From Candidatus Eiseniibacteriota bacterium (GTDB lineage: Bacteria > Eisenbacteria > RBG-16-71-46 > DASYSL01), in assembly GCA_036003365.1 (NCBI GenBank), contig DASYSL010000152.1, positions 1-32,834 on the forward strand: DNA of 32,834 nucleotides. The letters run 5' to 3'. How positions within the stretch are numbered: the stretch's first letter is position 1; each line of letters begins with the position of its first letter. The position numbers were made by a program, and so were the translations under genes. Under the pieces are notes generated by a model. That model was not told the origin of the DNA. It ran no database searches and saw only the letters and a program-made list of their open reading frames with translations. Shown here piece after piece: positions 8,229-16,045 of the stretch.

Positions 8229-10489
8229 TGTCGTCGATCCGGCTGGAGGTCGCGAGCTCACACAAGGATCCGGTGTGCGGCATGGCGGTTTCGGCCGAAA
8301 GCCCGCACCACGCCGTCTATCGCGGCCAGGAATACTTCTTCTGTGGCGCCGGATGTCGCGCCAAGTTCGAGGCCGATCCCCAGAAGTACCTGTCGCCGCA
8401 AAAGGCCGCCCCGCCGCCGCGGCGTACGCACGACGCGGTCGAGTACACGTGCCCGATGCACCCGGAGATCGTGCGCGACCGACCGGGCAGCTGCCCGATT
8501 TGCGGCATGGGGCTCGAGCCGCGCACGATTACCGCCGAAGAGCCGGAGAATCCCGAGCTCACCGACATGACGCGGCGCTTGTGGGTGAGCGCTGTGCTCA
8601 CCGCGCCACTCGTCATGGTCGCCATGATGCATGTCGGCACGGGCTCGGCAGAGATGGCCCTGGCCACGCCCGTCGTGGTGTGGGGCGGGTGGCCGTTCTT
8701 CGTGCGTGGCTGGCAATCGATCGTCAACCGAAGCCTCAACATGTTCACGCTGATCGCCCTCGGCGTGGCGGTGGCGTACGTGTACAGCTCGATCGCCGCC
8801 ATGGCGCCCTGGCTCTTCCCCGCGTCCTTCCGTGACGCGAGCGGCCACGTGGCCATGTACTTCGAAGCCGCCGCCATGATCGTCACGCTCGTGCTGCTCG
8901 GCCAGGTGCTCGAGCTGCGTGCGCGGGCGCGAACCGGCGCCGCCATTCGGAAGCTTCTCGGCTTGGCGCCCAAGACAGCGCGGCGCGTGGCGCCGGATGG
9001 CAGCGAAGTGGATGTCCCGCTCGAGCAGGTGCGCGCCGGCGACCTCTTGCGCGTGCGGCCCGGCGAGAAGGTTCCGGTCGACGGGGTGGTGGTGAGCGGC
9101 ACCAGCGCCGTGGACGAATCGATGATCTCGGGCGAGCCCATCCCGGTGGCCAAAGCGCCCGGCGACAAGGTGGTGGGCGCCACCGTCAATCGCACCGGGA
9201 GCTTGATCTTGCGCGCCGAGCGCGTCGGCGCCGACACCGTGCTCGCCCACATCGTGCGCATGGTCTCGGAGGCGCAGAGGAGCCGCGCACCCATCCAGAG
9301 GCAGGCGGATGTGGTGGCCAGCGAGTTCGTGCAGATCGTGATGGGCATCGCACTCGTCACCTTCGTGCTCTGGTTCTGGCTCGGGCCCGAGCCTCGTCTG
9401 GCGCATGCGATCGTGAACGCGATCGCCGTCCTGATCATCGCCTGTCCGTGCGCGCTGGGACTGGCCACGCCGATGTCGATCATGGTGGCTTCGGGCAAGG
9501 GCGCGACCGCGGGCGTGTTGTTCAAGAACGCCGAAGCCATCGAGACGCTGGGCAAGGTGACCGCGCTCGTCGTCGACAAGACGGGCACGCTGACGGAGGG
9601 CCGGCCGCGGCTCGTCGGCGCCCCGGCGGATGACGTTCTGCGCCTGGCCGCGAGCCTCGAGCGAGCCAGCGAGCACCCCCTGGCCGCGGCGGTCGTCCAG
9701 GCGGCGCGCGAGCGCGGGATGTCGCTGGCCCCCGTCCAGGACTTCGAGTCGATCACGGGTCGCGGCGTGCGCGGCGTGGCGGGAGGCAAGAGGGTGGCGC
9801 TCGGGAACGCGGGGTTGATGAGCGATCTCGGGATCGAGATCGATCAGCAGTCGGCCGAATCGCTGCGCGCGCAGGGGCGCACCGTGATCTTCGTGGCCGT
9901 GGATGGGAAGCCCGCGGGTACCCTGGCCATCGCCGATCCCATCAAGGAGAGCGCGCCCCAGGCGGTGCGGGAGCTTCTGGCGCTCGGCCTCGAGATCTAC
10001 ATGGTGACGGGCGACAGCCGCGCGACCGCCGAGGCCGTGGCCCGCCAGCTCGGCATCGAGCACGTGGTGGCTGAAGTGCCGCCCGAGAAAAAGCTCGACG
10101 TCATCCGCGACCTCCAGGCGCGGCATGAGATCGTCGCCATGGCGGGCGACGGCATCAACGACGCGCCGGCCCTGGCGCAGGCCAACGTCGGGATCGCCAT
10201 GGGCACCGGCACCGACATCGCCATGGAAAGCGCCGACGTCACGCTCTTGCGCGGTGACCTGCGCGGGATCGCGCGAGCGCGCCGCCTGAGCCGCCTCACC
10301 ATGAGGAACATCGGCCAGAATTTGTTTTTCGCTTTCGTCTACAACTCGCTCGGCGTGTCGATCGCGGCGGGCGTGCTCTACCCATACATGGGTTTGCTGC
10401 TGAGCCCGGTCATCGCTGCCGCGGCGATGAGCTTCAGCTCGGTGTCCGTCATCACCAACGCGCTCCGCCTGCAGCGGGCGCGCATTTGA
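8228..10489 (+). CDS. copA: Cu(I)/Ag(I)-translocating P1B-type ATPase with N-terminal TRASH/YHS and CPMHPE...CPICGM metal-binding modules
   Basis: ATG 8228 is residue 62 of ORF 8045..10489, reached by a 1-nt overlap with the cytochrome stop. N-terminus: DPVCGMAV...YFFCGAGC (YHS/TRASH), then [26 protein letters not shown]. Core motifs: CPC in [12 protein letters not shown] (the TM6 signature of Cu/Ag pumps), DKTGTLT (phosphorylation site), and [10 protein letters not shown] (hinge). About 754 aa. Confidence 0.9.
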   Translation: MSSIRLEVASSHKDPVCGMAVSAESPHHAVYRGQEYFFCGAGCRAKFEADPQKYLSPQKAAPPPRRTHDAVEYTCPMHPEIVRDRPGSCPICGMGLEPRTITAEEPENPELTDMTRRLWVSAVLTAPLVMVAMMHVGTGSAEMALATPVVVWGGWPFFVRGWQSIVNRSLNMFTLIALGVAVAYVYSSIAAMAPWLFPASFRDASGHVAMYFEAAAMIVTLVLLGQVLELRARARTGAAIRKLLGLAPKTARRVAPDGSEVDVPLEQVRAGDLLRVRPGEKVPVDGVVVSGTSAVDESMISGEPIPVAKAPGDKVVGATVNRTGSLILRAERVGADTVLAHIVRMVSEAQRSRAPIQRQADVVASEFVQIVMGIALVTFVLWFWLGPEPRLAHAIVNAIAVLIIACPCALGLATPMSIMVASGKGATAGVLFKNAEAIETLGKVTALVVDKTGTLTEGRPRLVGAPADDVLRLAASLERASEHPLAAAVVQAARERGMSLAPVQDFESITGRGVRGVAGGKRVALGNAGLMSDLGIEIDQQSAESLRAQGRTVIFVAVDGKPAGTLAIADPIKESAPQAVRELLALGLEIYMVTGDSRATAEAVARQLGIEHVVAEVPPEKKLDVIRDLQARHEIVAMAGDGINDAPALAQANVGIAMGTGTDIAMESADVTLLRGDLRGIARARRLSRLTMRNIGQNLFFAFVYNSLGVSIAAGVLYPYMGLLLSPVIAAAAMSFSSVSVITNALRLQRARI

Positions 10490-10500
10490 GAGGAGAAGAA

Positions 10501-10845
10501 ATGAAGTTCCGTCTTGGCGTGGCCCTCGCCCTCATCGCCGGAATCGCCGCTATGGGCTGCGGCGGTGCCCAGTCCGGTTCTACCGCCCGTTACAACATCA
10601 AGGTCAGTGAGGCGGGCTACGAGCCGGCTCACGTGAAAGCGCACGCGGGCCAGAACGTCGTCCTCGTCTTCACGCGCACGACCGACGCGACCTGCGGCAC
10701 CGAGGTCATCGTGCCCTCGGAGAACGACACCGTGCCGCTGCCGCTGAACCAGCCGGTGGAAGTGCATCTGGTCGCCAAAGAGAAGGGCGACATCACCTTC
10801 CATTGCGGCATGAAGATGCTCGAAGGCTCGGTGCAGGTGGATTAG
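10501..10845 (+). CDS. cupredoxin-like (blue-copper-type) lipoprotein, 114 aa
   Basis: ATG 10501 inside ORF 10486..10845, with GAGGAGAAG upstream. Lipoprotein-like N-terminus MKFRLGVALALIAGIAAMGCGG. A single cupredoxin-sized beta domain, with ligand-like His in EPAHVKAHAG and the C-terminal pattern FHCGMKMLEG (Cys, His, Met as in type-1 Cu sites). Confidence 0.7.
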   Translation: MKFRLGVALALIAGIAAMGCGGAQSGSTARYNIKVSEAGYEPAHVKAHAGQNVVLVFTRTTDATCGTEVIVPSENDTVPLPLNQPVEVHLVAKEKGDITFHCGMKMLEGSVQVD

Positions 10846-10944
10846 AAAAACGTTGCTCGCGGAGCGGCGCGGCAGGATCATCTTGATGCCTGCTTGATGC
10901 CTGCCGCGCATCGCTTCGCCCGACCGGGCGCTCAAAGGAGCGCC

Positions 10945-11844
10945 ATGCGCACGACCTTACCGCTCATTCTCCTGGCTGCTCTCACCTTCTCTGCCCAAGC
11001 CGCGGCGCCGCCCACCGGATCGGTGCGGGGCGTCATCTTCAACGAGGTGGGGCGACCCAAGTCGCGTGCCCTGGTGACGAGGGTGGGAACGGATGAGTAC
11101 CGGGCTTATACGGATGAGGACGGACACTTTCAGATCGATGGCATCCCTGCCGGTCACCAGTACTTTTACATCCTGCACCCCGACATGAATGAAGCGACGT
11201 TCGATATCACGATCGTCGCGGGCGATACGATCACCATCAAGCCGATCTATATGCGGCCGTTTGGCCTGTCGGATTCGCAAGCGGCGACGGAGTCGATTGG
11301 AGTCGATGTGCCGTGGGCGACCGGCGCTCTCACCTGCGCGATTCGACCGACACGAAAGATCTTTCACGTCGGCGACCATCCCGATTTCCAAGTGTTGATC
11401 ACCAATGGAGCCAAGCAACCGCTGGACCTCGTGTACGCAGTGGACGGCAGCGAGGGCGGGCGGTTTCCCCAGGCCAAGATCCATCTCGAGCTCCTTACCA
11501 TCGAGGTCGGCCACATCATGGCGAGTCATGGTCAGCTCTTGAGGGGAAGAGCCATCGCATTCTGCGCGAATACGAATGGGCTCTCTGCGAATGACTTCGT
11601 CCACTTGGTGCCCGGGCAGACGATCGATCCGTACGCCAAGGGCTGGAAGCCCACTATCTTTACAGGGACTTTCGAATACCCCGGCAGGTACCGGGCCACT
11701 TTCATTTATTCAACAAAGCAATCGGATGTCCGTGGATGGCTCGGGTTCGGCCAAACGGATCTCGATCCGAGAATGTCGCAATTGCTCCGAACCGTGCCGC
11801 TGGTCGAGCTCACGGACTCTACTGAGTTCGAAGTCGCGGATTAG
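10945..11844 (+). CDS. secreted protein with an N-terminal carboxypeptidase-regulatory-like (transthyretin-like) domain, and a C-terminal domain of unknown function
   Basis: ATG 10945 is residue 18 of ORF 10894..11844, with AAAGGAG 4 nt upstream. Signal peptide MRTTLPLILLAALTFSAQA. Then GSVRGVIFNEVGRPKSRALVTRVGTDEYRAYTDEDGHFQIDGIPAGHQYF, which is typical of a CarboxypepD_reg beta-sandwich. The region is visibly AT-richer than its neighbours. Confidence 0.6.
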   Translation: MRTTLPLILLAALTFSAQAAAPPTGSVRGVIFNEVGRPKSRALVTRVGTDEYRAYTDEDGHFQIDGIPAGHQYFYILHPDMNEATFDITIVAGDTITIKPIYMRPFGLSDSQAATESIGVDVPWATGALTCAIRPTRKIFHVGDHPDFQVLITNGAKQPLDLVYAVDGSEGGRFPQAKIHLELLTIEVGHIMASHGQLLRGRAIAFCANTNGLSANDFVHLVPGQTIDPYAKGWKPTIFTGTFEYPGRYRATFIYSTKQSDVRGWLGFGQTDLDPRMSQLLRTVPLVELTDSTEFEVAD

Positions 11845-12149
11845 CTCGATTCCGGCCGCACCGGCGTTTGCGCGAGATCGCCCACGACGGTGGTCCAGGC
11901 GCGGACGCGCCAGTTCTTCACCAAACCGTTCGTGACGTAGGGATCGGCCTTGGCGAATTCCTCGGCCACGGCCGGCGAGTCGCCCTGGAAGACGAACACG
12001 GCGCCATCGACGGGATCGGCCAAAGCTCCGGCCAAGACGAGATCGCCCCGCTGCACCGCCTCCCACGCCAACTTCAGGTGGACGGAACGATGCGCGGGAC
12101 GACGCTCGAGATAGTCATCGGCCACGTCGTAGAAGAGAAGGTAGTGCAC
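11841..12149 (-). CDS. YciI-like (YCII-related) family protein, 102 aa
   Basis: ORF 11841..12149. MHYLLFYDVADDYLERRPAHRSVHLKLAWEAVQRGDLVLAGAL...GDSPAVAEEFAKADPYVTNGLV matches the ~100-aa YciI fold family. Convergent with the upstream gene; the stops overlap at 11841-11844. Confidence 0.75.
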   Translation of the reverse strand: MHYLLFYDVADDYLERRPAHRSVHLKLAWEAVQRGDLVLAGALADPVDGAVFVFQGDSPAVAEEFAKADPYVTNGLVKNWRVRAWTTVVGDLAQTPVRPESS

Positions 12150-12155
12150 GCGCGG

Positions 12156-12587
12156 CTAGTGCCGTCCTGCCGTCTGCAACGAAAGCGCGGCGTAGATCTC
12201 GCCGGCAAAGCTCTCGCCGCCCGGAGCGAGCGCCAGATCGCGCAACGACACCAGGCCGACCGGCCGGTGATCGTCGTTTACGACGACGACGCGGCGTGCG
12301 CGGTTCTCGAGCATGAGCTTCATCGCGTCTTTGACGTCGATGCGATCGGAGCACGAGAGAACCTGCATGCTCATCACGTCGCGCACGCGAGCGCCGCGCG
12401 GATCGCGTCCCTCGGCCGTGCCGCGCAGGACGAGATCGCGGTCGGTGACGATGCCGACCAATCGGCCACTTTTCTGAACCGGTAGGGAGCCCACGTCGTA
12501 CGCGCGCATCTTTCGTGCGGCTTCGAGGAGAGTGCACTCGGGGTCGATCGTGGCCAGATCACGGTGGGCGAGTTCCTTGATTTTCAT
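12156..12587 (-). CDS. CBS-domain pair protein (143 aa)
   Basis: ATG 12587 is residue 75 of ORF 12156..12809. GGAGG lies upstream on the mRNA. The upstream extension overlaps the DUF3052 gene and is rejected. Two CBS motifs: VGSLPVQKSGRLVGIVTDRDL and VGLVSLRDL, with an intervening hydrophobic pattern. Confidence 0.8.
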   Translation of the reverse strand: MKIKELAHRDLATIDPECTLLEAARKMRAYDVGSLPVQKSGRLVGIVTDRDLVLRGTAEGRDPRGARVRDVMSMQVLSCSDRIDVKDAMKLMLENRARRVVVVNDDHRPVGLVSLRDLALAPGGESFAGEIYAALSLQTAGRH

Positions 12588-13051
12588 GGCCGCCTCCTTG
12601 AAGGCCGCGCCGGCACTCGGGTCCGGCGCTTCGTCGATGCTACCTCCGCGCGGTCTCGAAGGCGATAGACGAAGCGTAATCCCGACCACGTTTCGTCGAT
12701 CGCACAGATTTTGTTGTCCACGAGCCGGGCCTCTAACCCCGCGGTGCGCACGAATCCTTCCTGCAAATCCGTCGACAGCCCCGAGGTTTTCTTGGGCCAC
12801 GCCACCCACAGTCCGCCGTCCGGCTTCAACTTAGCGACTGCAGCCGCCAACTCCTTGATGAGCGCTGACTGATTCTTGGCAAACAGCACGATGACGTCGA
12901 AGGGCCCATGCCCCGCGCGCGAGAGCTTTGCGCCGGTGGGGAGAGGCGCCAGGAGGGCTTCGAACGACATTGGCGCAAGACGAAGGAGTACGGCCGATCC
13001 GGCCTTGATCCCCAGCTTCTGCGGCAGGGGGGTCCCCGAGTAGCCAGCCAT
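12584..13051 (-). CDS. DUF3052-family protein (155 aa)
   Basis: ATG 13051 is residue 18 of ORF 12584..13102, whose listed start at 13102 is TTG. MAGYSGTPLPQKLGIKAGSAVLLRLAP matches my recollection of the DUF3052 N-terminus. The stop overlaps the CBS start (12584-12587). No clear SD, so the start is uncertain. Confidence 0.6.
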   Translation of the reverse strand: MAGYSGTPLPQKLGIKAGSAVLLRLAPMSFEALLAPLPTGAKLSRAGHGPFDVIVLFAKNQSALIKELAAAVAKLKPDGGLWVAWPKKTSGLSTDLQEGFVRTAGLEARLVDNKICAIDETWSGLRFVYRLRDRAEVASTKRRTRVPARPSRRRP

Positions 13052-13121
13052 GGCGGGAAACCTACGGGAGGTGCGAATCGGCTCCAAGTTCAATTCCGCC
13101 AATTGAGTTTAGCTGAGCGTT

Positions 13122-13139
13122 ACAGGCCGCGCGGCCTGT
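13122..13139. repeat. perfect 18-nt GC-rich palindrome ACAGGCCGCGCGGCCTGT in the divergent DUF3052/SPFH intergenic region
   Basis: Read directly: acaggccgc|gcggcctgt are exact reverse complements. No T-tract follows, so it is more likely a protein-binding site or RNA hairpin than an intrinsic terminator. Confidence 0.5.
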
Positions 13140-13171
13140 TGAGGGGCGAAAAGGGGCCTCCTCGAAACTTC

Positions 13172-13205
13172 TTGACCGATGACATCGTAGTGATATCGTA
13201 ATGAT
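13172..13205 (+). promoter_or_regulatory. candidate promoter of the SPFH-RHH-hydrolase operon, overlapped by an 11-bp tandem direct repeat
   Basis: TTGACC (13172-13177), a 16-nt spacer, then TATCGT (13194-13199). ATCGTAGTGAT (13184-13194) is immediately repeated as ATCGTAATGAT (13195-13205), with 10/11 identity. The RBS and the ATG at 13230 follow. Confidence 0.4.
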
Positions 13206-13229
13206 ACCCCTTAGGAGGAGGTAAGACAG

Positions 13230-14102
13230 ATGATTCGCGAGCGAGAGCGTCACGTGGCCAGCGGGCTCGTCGCTTTCCCTATCCTGTTCCTCACCACGAT
13301 CGCGGTGTTCTGGCTCTTCTTCCGGGCCGTGGGCACGCATCAGATGACACCCGTGTTGGGCTCCCTGTTCCTGATCGCCGCGCAGACCGTCGCGTGGCTC
13401 GGATTCTTCGCCGTGTCGCCCAACGAAGGGCGCGTGCTCCAGCTCTTCGGCTCGTACCGCGGCACCGTGCGCGATCCAGGTCTGCGCTATGCCAACCCGT
13501 TGTACACCAAGAAGCGGATCTCGCTTCGCGTGCGCAACTTCGAGAGCGCCAAGCTCAAGGTGAACGACCACGTCGGTAACCCGATCGAGATCGCGGCCAT
13601 CGTGGTCTGGCGCGTGGTCGACACGGCGGAGGCGATCTTCCAGGTCGACGACTACACGCAGTTCGTGAAGATGCAGACCGAGGCGGCGCTGCGTAGCCTG
13701 GCGAGCGCGTACGCCTACGACACGTTCGAGGAAGGCTCGGAGTCTCTGCGCAGCCACCCGACCGAGACGAACGGCCAGCTCAGGACCGAAGTGCAGGCGC
13801 GTCTCGAGAAGGCCGGCGTCGAAGTCATCGAGGCGCGCATCAGCCACCTGGCATACGCGCCGGAGATCGCGGGCGCCATGCTCCAGCGCCAGCAGGCGAC
13901 GGCCATCATCGCGGCGCGTCAGAAGATCGTGGACGGCGCGGTGGGCATGGTGGAGATGGCGCTGATCGAGCTGTCGAGGAAGAACGTGGTCGAGCTCGAT
14001 GCCGAGCGCAAGGCGGCCATGGTGAGCAACCTTCTCGTGGTGTTGTGCGGCGACCGCGCAGGCGTGCAGCCCGTGCTCAACACCGGAACCCTCTACCACT
14101 AG
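13230..14102 (+). CDS. SPFH/band-7 (stomatin/prohibitin-like) membrane protein
   Basis: ORF 13230..14102 with a strong AGGAGGAGG RBS at 13213-13221. Two N-terminal transmembrane helices (LVAFPILFLTTIAVFWLFF, LGSLFLIAAQTVAWLGFFAV). The SPFH core follows (PGLRYANPLYTKKRISLRVRNFESAKLKVNDHVGNPIEIAAIVVWRVVD), then a coiled-coil tail. Confidence 0.85.
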   Translation: MIRERERHVASGLVAFPILFLTTIAVFWLFFRAVGTHQMTPVLGSLFLIAAQTVAWLGFFAVSPNEGRVLQLFGSYRGTVRDPGLRYANPLYTKKRISLRVRNFESAKLKVNDHVGNPIEIAAIVVWRVVDTAEAIFQVDDYTQFVKMQTEAALRSLASAYAYDTFEEGSESLRSHPTETNGQLRTEVQARLEKAGVEVIEARISHLAYAPEIAGAMLQRQQATAIIAARQKIVDGAVGMVEMALIELSRKNVVELDAERKAAMVSNLLVVLCGDRAGVQPVLNTGTLYH

Positions 14103-14116
14103 GCCCGGGCGATTTC

Positions 14117-14311
14117 ATGGCGGAGCGCAAATCCTTTCTATTGCGCATCGATCCCAAGGTGCTGGAGGCTCTCCAGGCCTGGGCCGCCGACGATCTACGC
14201 AGTCTCAACGGGCAAATCGAGTTCCTGCTCAGGCGCGCGCTCGAGCGCGAACGCCGGACGAGCACGAGGGAAGCGGGAGAGCGGGGCGCTCGCCCCGAAG
14301 GAGCCAGCTGA
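14117..14311 (+). CDS. Arc/MetJ-type ribbon-helix-helix (RHH) DNA-binding protein (64 aa)
   Basis: ATG 14117 is residue 25 of ORF 14045..14311. FLLRIDPKVLEALQAWAADDLRSLNGQIEFLLRRALE is the classic Arc-family pattern: a beta-strand followed by two helices. It lies 15 nt after the SPFH stop. Its stop overlaps the ATG of the next gene at 14311. Confidence 0.65.
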   Translation: MAERKSFLLRIDPKVLEALQAWAADDLRSLNGQIEFLLRRALERERRTSTREAGERGARPEGAS

Positions 14312-15294
14312 TGCGCGGCATGCGAAGGACGATCGCTCTGGGAAGCTTTCTGCTCGGCGTGTTGGCGGCGGGTGCGACGGCGGAGACGCCGCCTCCCCAA
14401 AACCTCAAGCAGGACGTGCAGCTCGTGGTGGGGGCCGACACCCTGTTTGGAACGCTCGAGCTGCCTGGGAGCCTCAAGCCGGTGCCGCTCGTCATCATGC
14501 TGGCGGGCTCGGGCCCGACCGACCGCGACGGCAACTCGGCCATGCTTCCCGGCAAGAACAACTGCCTCAAGATGCTCGCCGACAGCCTGCTCGATCGCGA
14601 CATCGCAACCCTGCGCTACGACAAGCGCGGCATCGCGGCCAGCGCGCGGGCGGTCAAAGGCGAGTCCGACCTTCGGCTCACCACCTATTCGGACGACGCG
14701 GTGCAATGGTCGAAGAAGTACCGCCACGATCCACGGTTCAAGACGCTGACTCTTCTCGGGCACAGCGAGGGTGCGCTCATTGCCACCCTGGCGGCCAAGA
14801 CGGAGAAGCCGGACGCCCTGATCCTGGTCGCCGGCGCCGGGCGTCCGGCGCGCGACATCATCCACGAACAGCTGAAGAAATCGATCTCGGGCGAGCTGAT
14901 GAGAAAATCCGACGCCATCATGGACACCCTGGCGATGGGCAAGAACGCGGTGGACATCCCACCCATGCTCATGGCGCTCTACCGGCCCTCGGTACAGCCC
15001 TACATGCGGAGCTGGATCACCATGGATCCCGCGGCCGAGCTCAAGGAGCTCAAGATGCCAACCATGGTGGTGTGGGGCACGTCCGACATCCAGGTGAGCC
15101 GCGCGGACGCGGATCTTCTGGCAGGTTCACGCAAGGGCATCAAGAAGCTCATCGTTCCCGACATGAACCACGTGCTCAAGCCGACGCTCGAAGATCCCGT
15201 GGCGCAGGCCTCGTCATACTCGGATTCGACGATCGGAATCCGGCGCGGGGTGTCGGATGCGCTCGCCTCGTTCGTGAGGGGCGTCAAGCGCTAG
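14311..15294 (+). CDS. secreted alpha/beta-fold hydrolase
   Basis: ORF 14311..15294. Signal peptide MRGMRRTIALGSFLLGVLAAGATA. Nucleophile elbow GHSEG (LTLLGHSEGALIA). Acid and His regions near TMVVWGTSD and PDMNHVLK. Confidence 0.8.
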   Translation: MRGMRRTIALGSFLLGVLAAGATAETPPPQNLKQDVQLVVGADTLFGTLELPGSLKPVPLVIMLAGSGPTDRDGNSAMLPGKNNCLKMLADSLLDRDIATLRYDKRGIAASARAVKGESDLRLTTYSDDAVQWSKKYRHDPRFKTLTLLGHSEGALIATLAAKTEKPDALILVAGAGRPARDIIHEQLKKSISGELMRKSDAIMDTLAMGKNAVDIPPMLMALYRPSVQPYMRSWITMDPAAELKELKMPTMVVWGTSDIQVSRADADLLAGSRKGIKKLIVPDMNHVLKPTLEDPVAQASSYSDSTIGIRRGVSDALASFVRGVKR

Positions 15295-15973
15295 GGGCGG
15301 AAGCCGCTCTCTTCCGGCGATAGAAGCGCCGCGCCTTGGCGCGATTGCCGCAGGCCTCCATGCTGCACCAGCGCCGCCGCCGGTTGCGTGACTCGTCGAG
15401 AAAGAACCAGCCGCAGTCTGCTCCCTCGCATTCGCGGATCGGCCCGTGCTCCTCGCCCGTCACGAGACGGGCCGCGTCGAGCGCGGCCGCCCAGCGGGGG
15501 AGGTCCGGATCGGGATCGCCCTCGGCCCATTGCCAGCGCGCGACCAAGCCCTGTGGCACGAGCGAGCGCGCTTTCCAGGCGTCGCGCGCGTCTTCTTCCA
15601 GGCGAGCGAGAGCGGCACGGGGCAGGGCTTCGCCCTTGGACCTGGCCTTGACGAGAAGGGCCACGGTCTCGCGGGTCGACTTGGCGCGCTCGAGGGCTTT
15701 GGCCGAGCGCTTGGGGTGACGGACGGCCCAGGCAAGAAGGCTCTTGGCCTGGCGCAGGTCGATGACACCGGAAGCCAGGGCGAAGCGGAGGAAATCGGCG
15801 TACTGGTGCAGGGTTTCGACCGGTTGCTCTCGGCCTCGCCAGTCCAGCGTGTTCACGAAGTCGAGGGCGTAGGCTCCCCCCGACAGGGTCTGGGACCACG
15901 ACTGTTCGAAGGTGGCGTCGATTGCGGGGCTCTCCTTTCGGCAAAATGATAACCTGTATTGCCTGCTTGACAA
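15284..15973 (-). CDS. CGNR zinc-finger / ABATE-domain putative regulator
   Basis: ORF 15284..15973 with a TTG start. YALDFVNTLDWRG (ABATE-like N-domain). C-terminal WCSMEACGNRAKARRFY is the CGNR zinc-finger signature. The start codon is uncertain. Confidence 0.7.
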   Translation of the reverse strand: MSSRQYRLSFCRKESPAIDATFEQSWSQTLSGGAYALDFVNTLDWRGREQPVETLHQYADFLRFALASGVIDLRQAKSLLAWAVRHPKRSAKALERAKSTRETVALLVKARSKGEALPRAALARLEEDARDAWKARSLVPQGLVARWQWAEGDPDPDLPRWAAALDAARLVTGEEHGPIRECEGADCGWFFLDESRNRRRRWCSMEACGNRAKARRFYRRKRAASAPSA

Positions 15974-16045
15974 GTTAGATGACGGGTGTAGGCTAACCGT
16001 TGTATCGTATCATAGGGGTTATTCCAAACCGTCGGGAGGCGAGCC

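Noticed and set aside
8258-10126. 622-aa minus-strand ORF (and the nested 8317..9789 ORF)
   Set aside because: Antisense to the P-type ATPase gene, which carries the CPC, DKTGT and GDGINDAP motifs. High-GC artefact.
12588-12809. N-terminal extension of the CBS-protein ORF
   Set aside because: It overlaps the DUF3052 gene. The internal ATG 12587 has a GGAGG RBS, and a CBS pair alone is a complete protein.
13122-13139. Intrinsic terminator call for the 18-nt palindrome
   Set aside because: No T/U-tract on either strand. It sits upstream of both divergent genes, so it is not a terminator.
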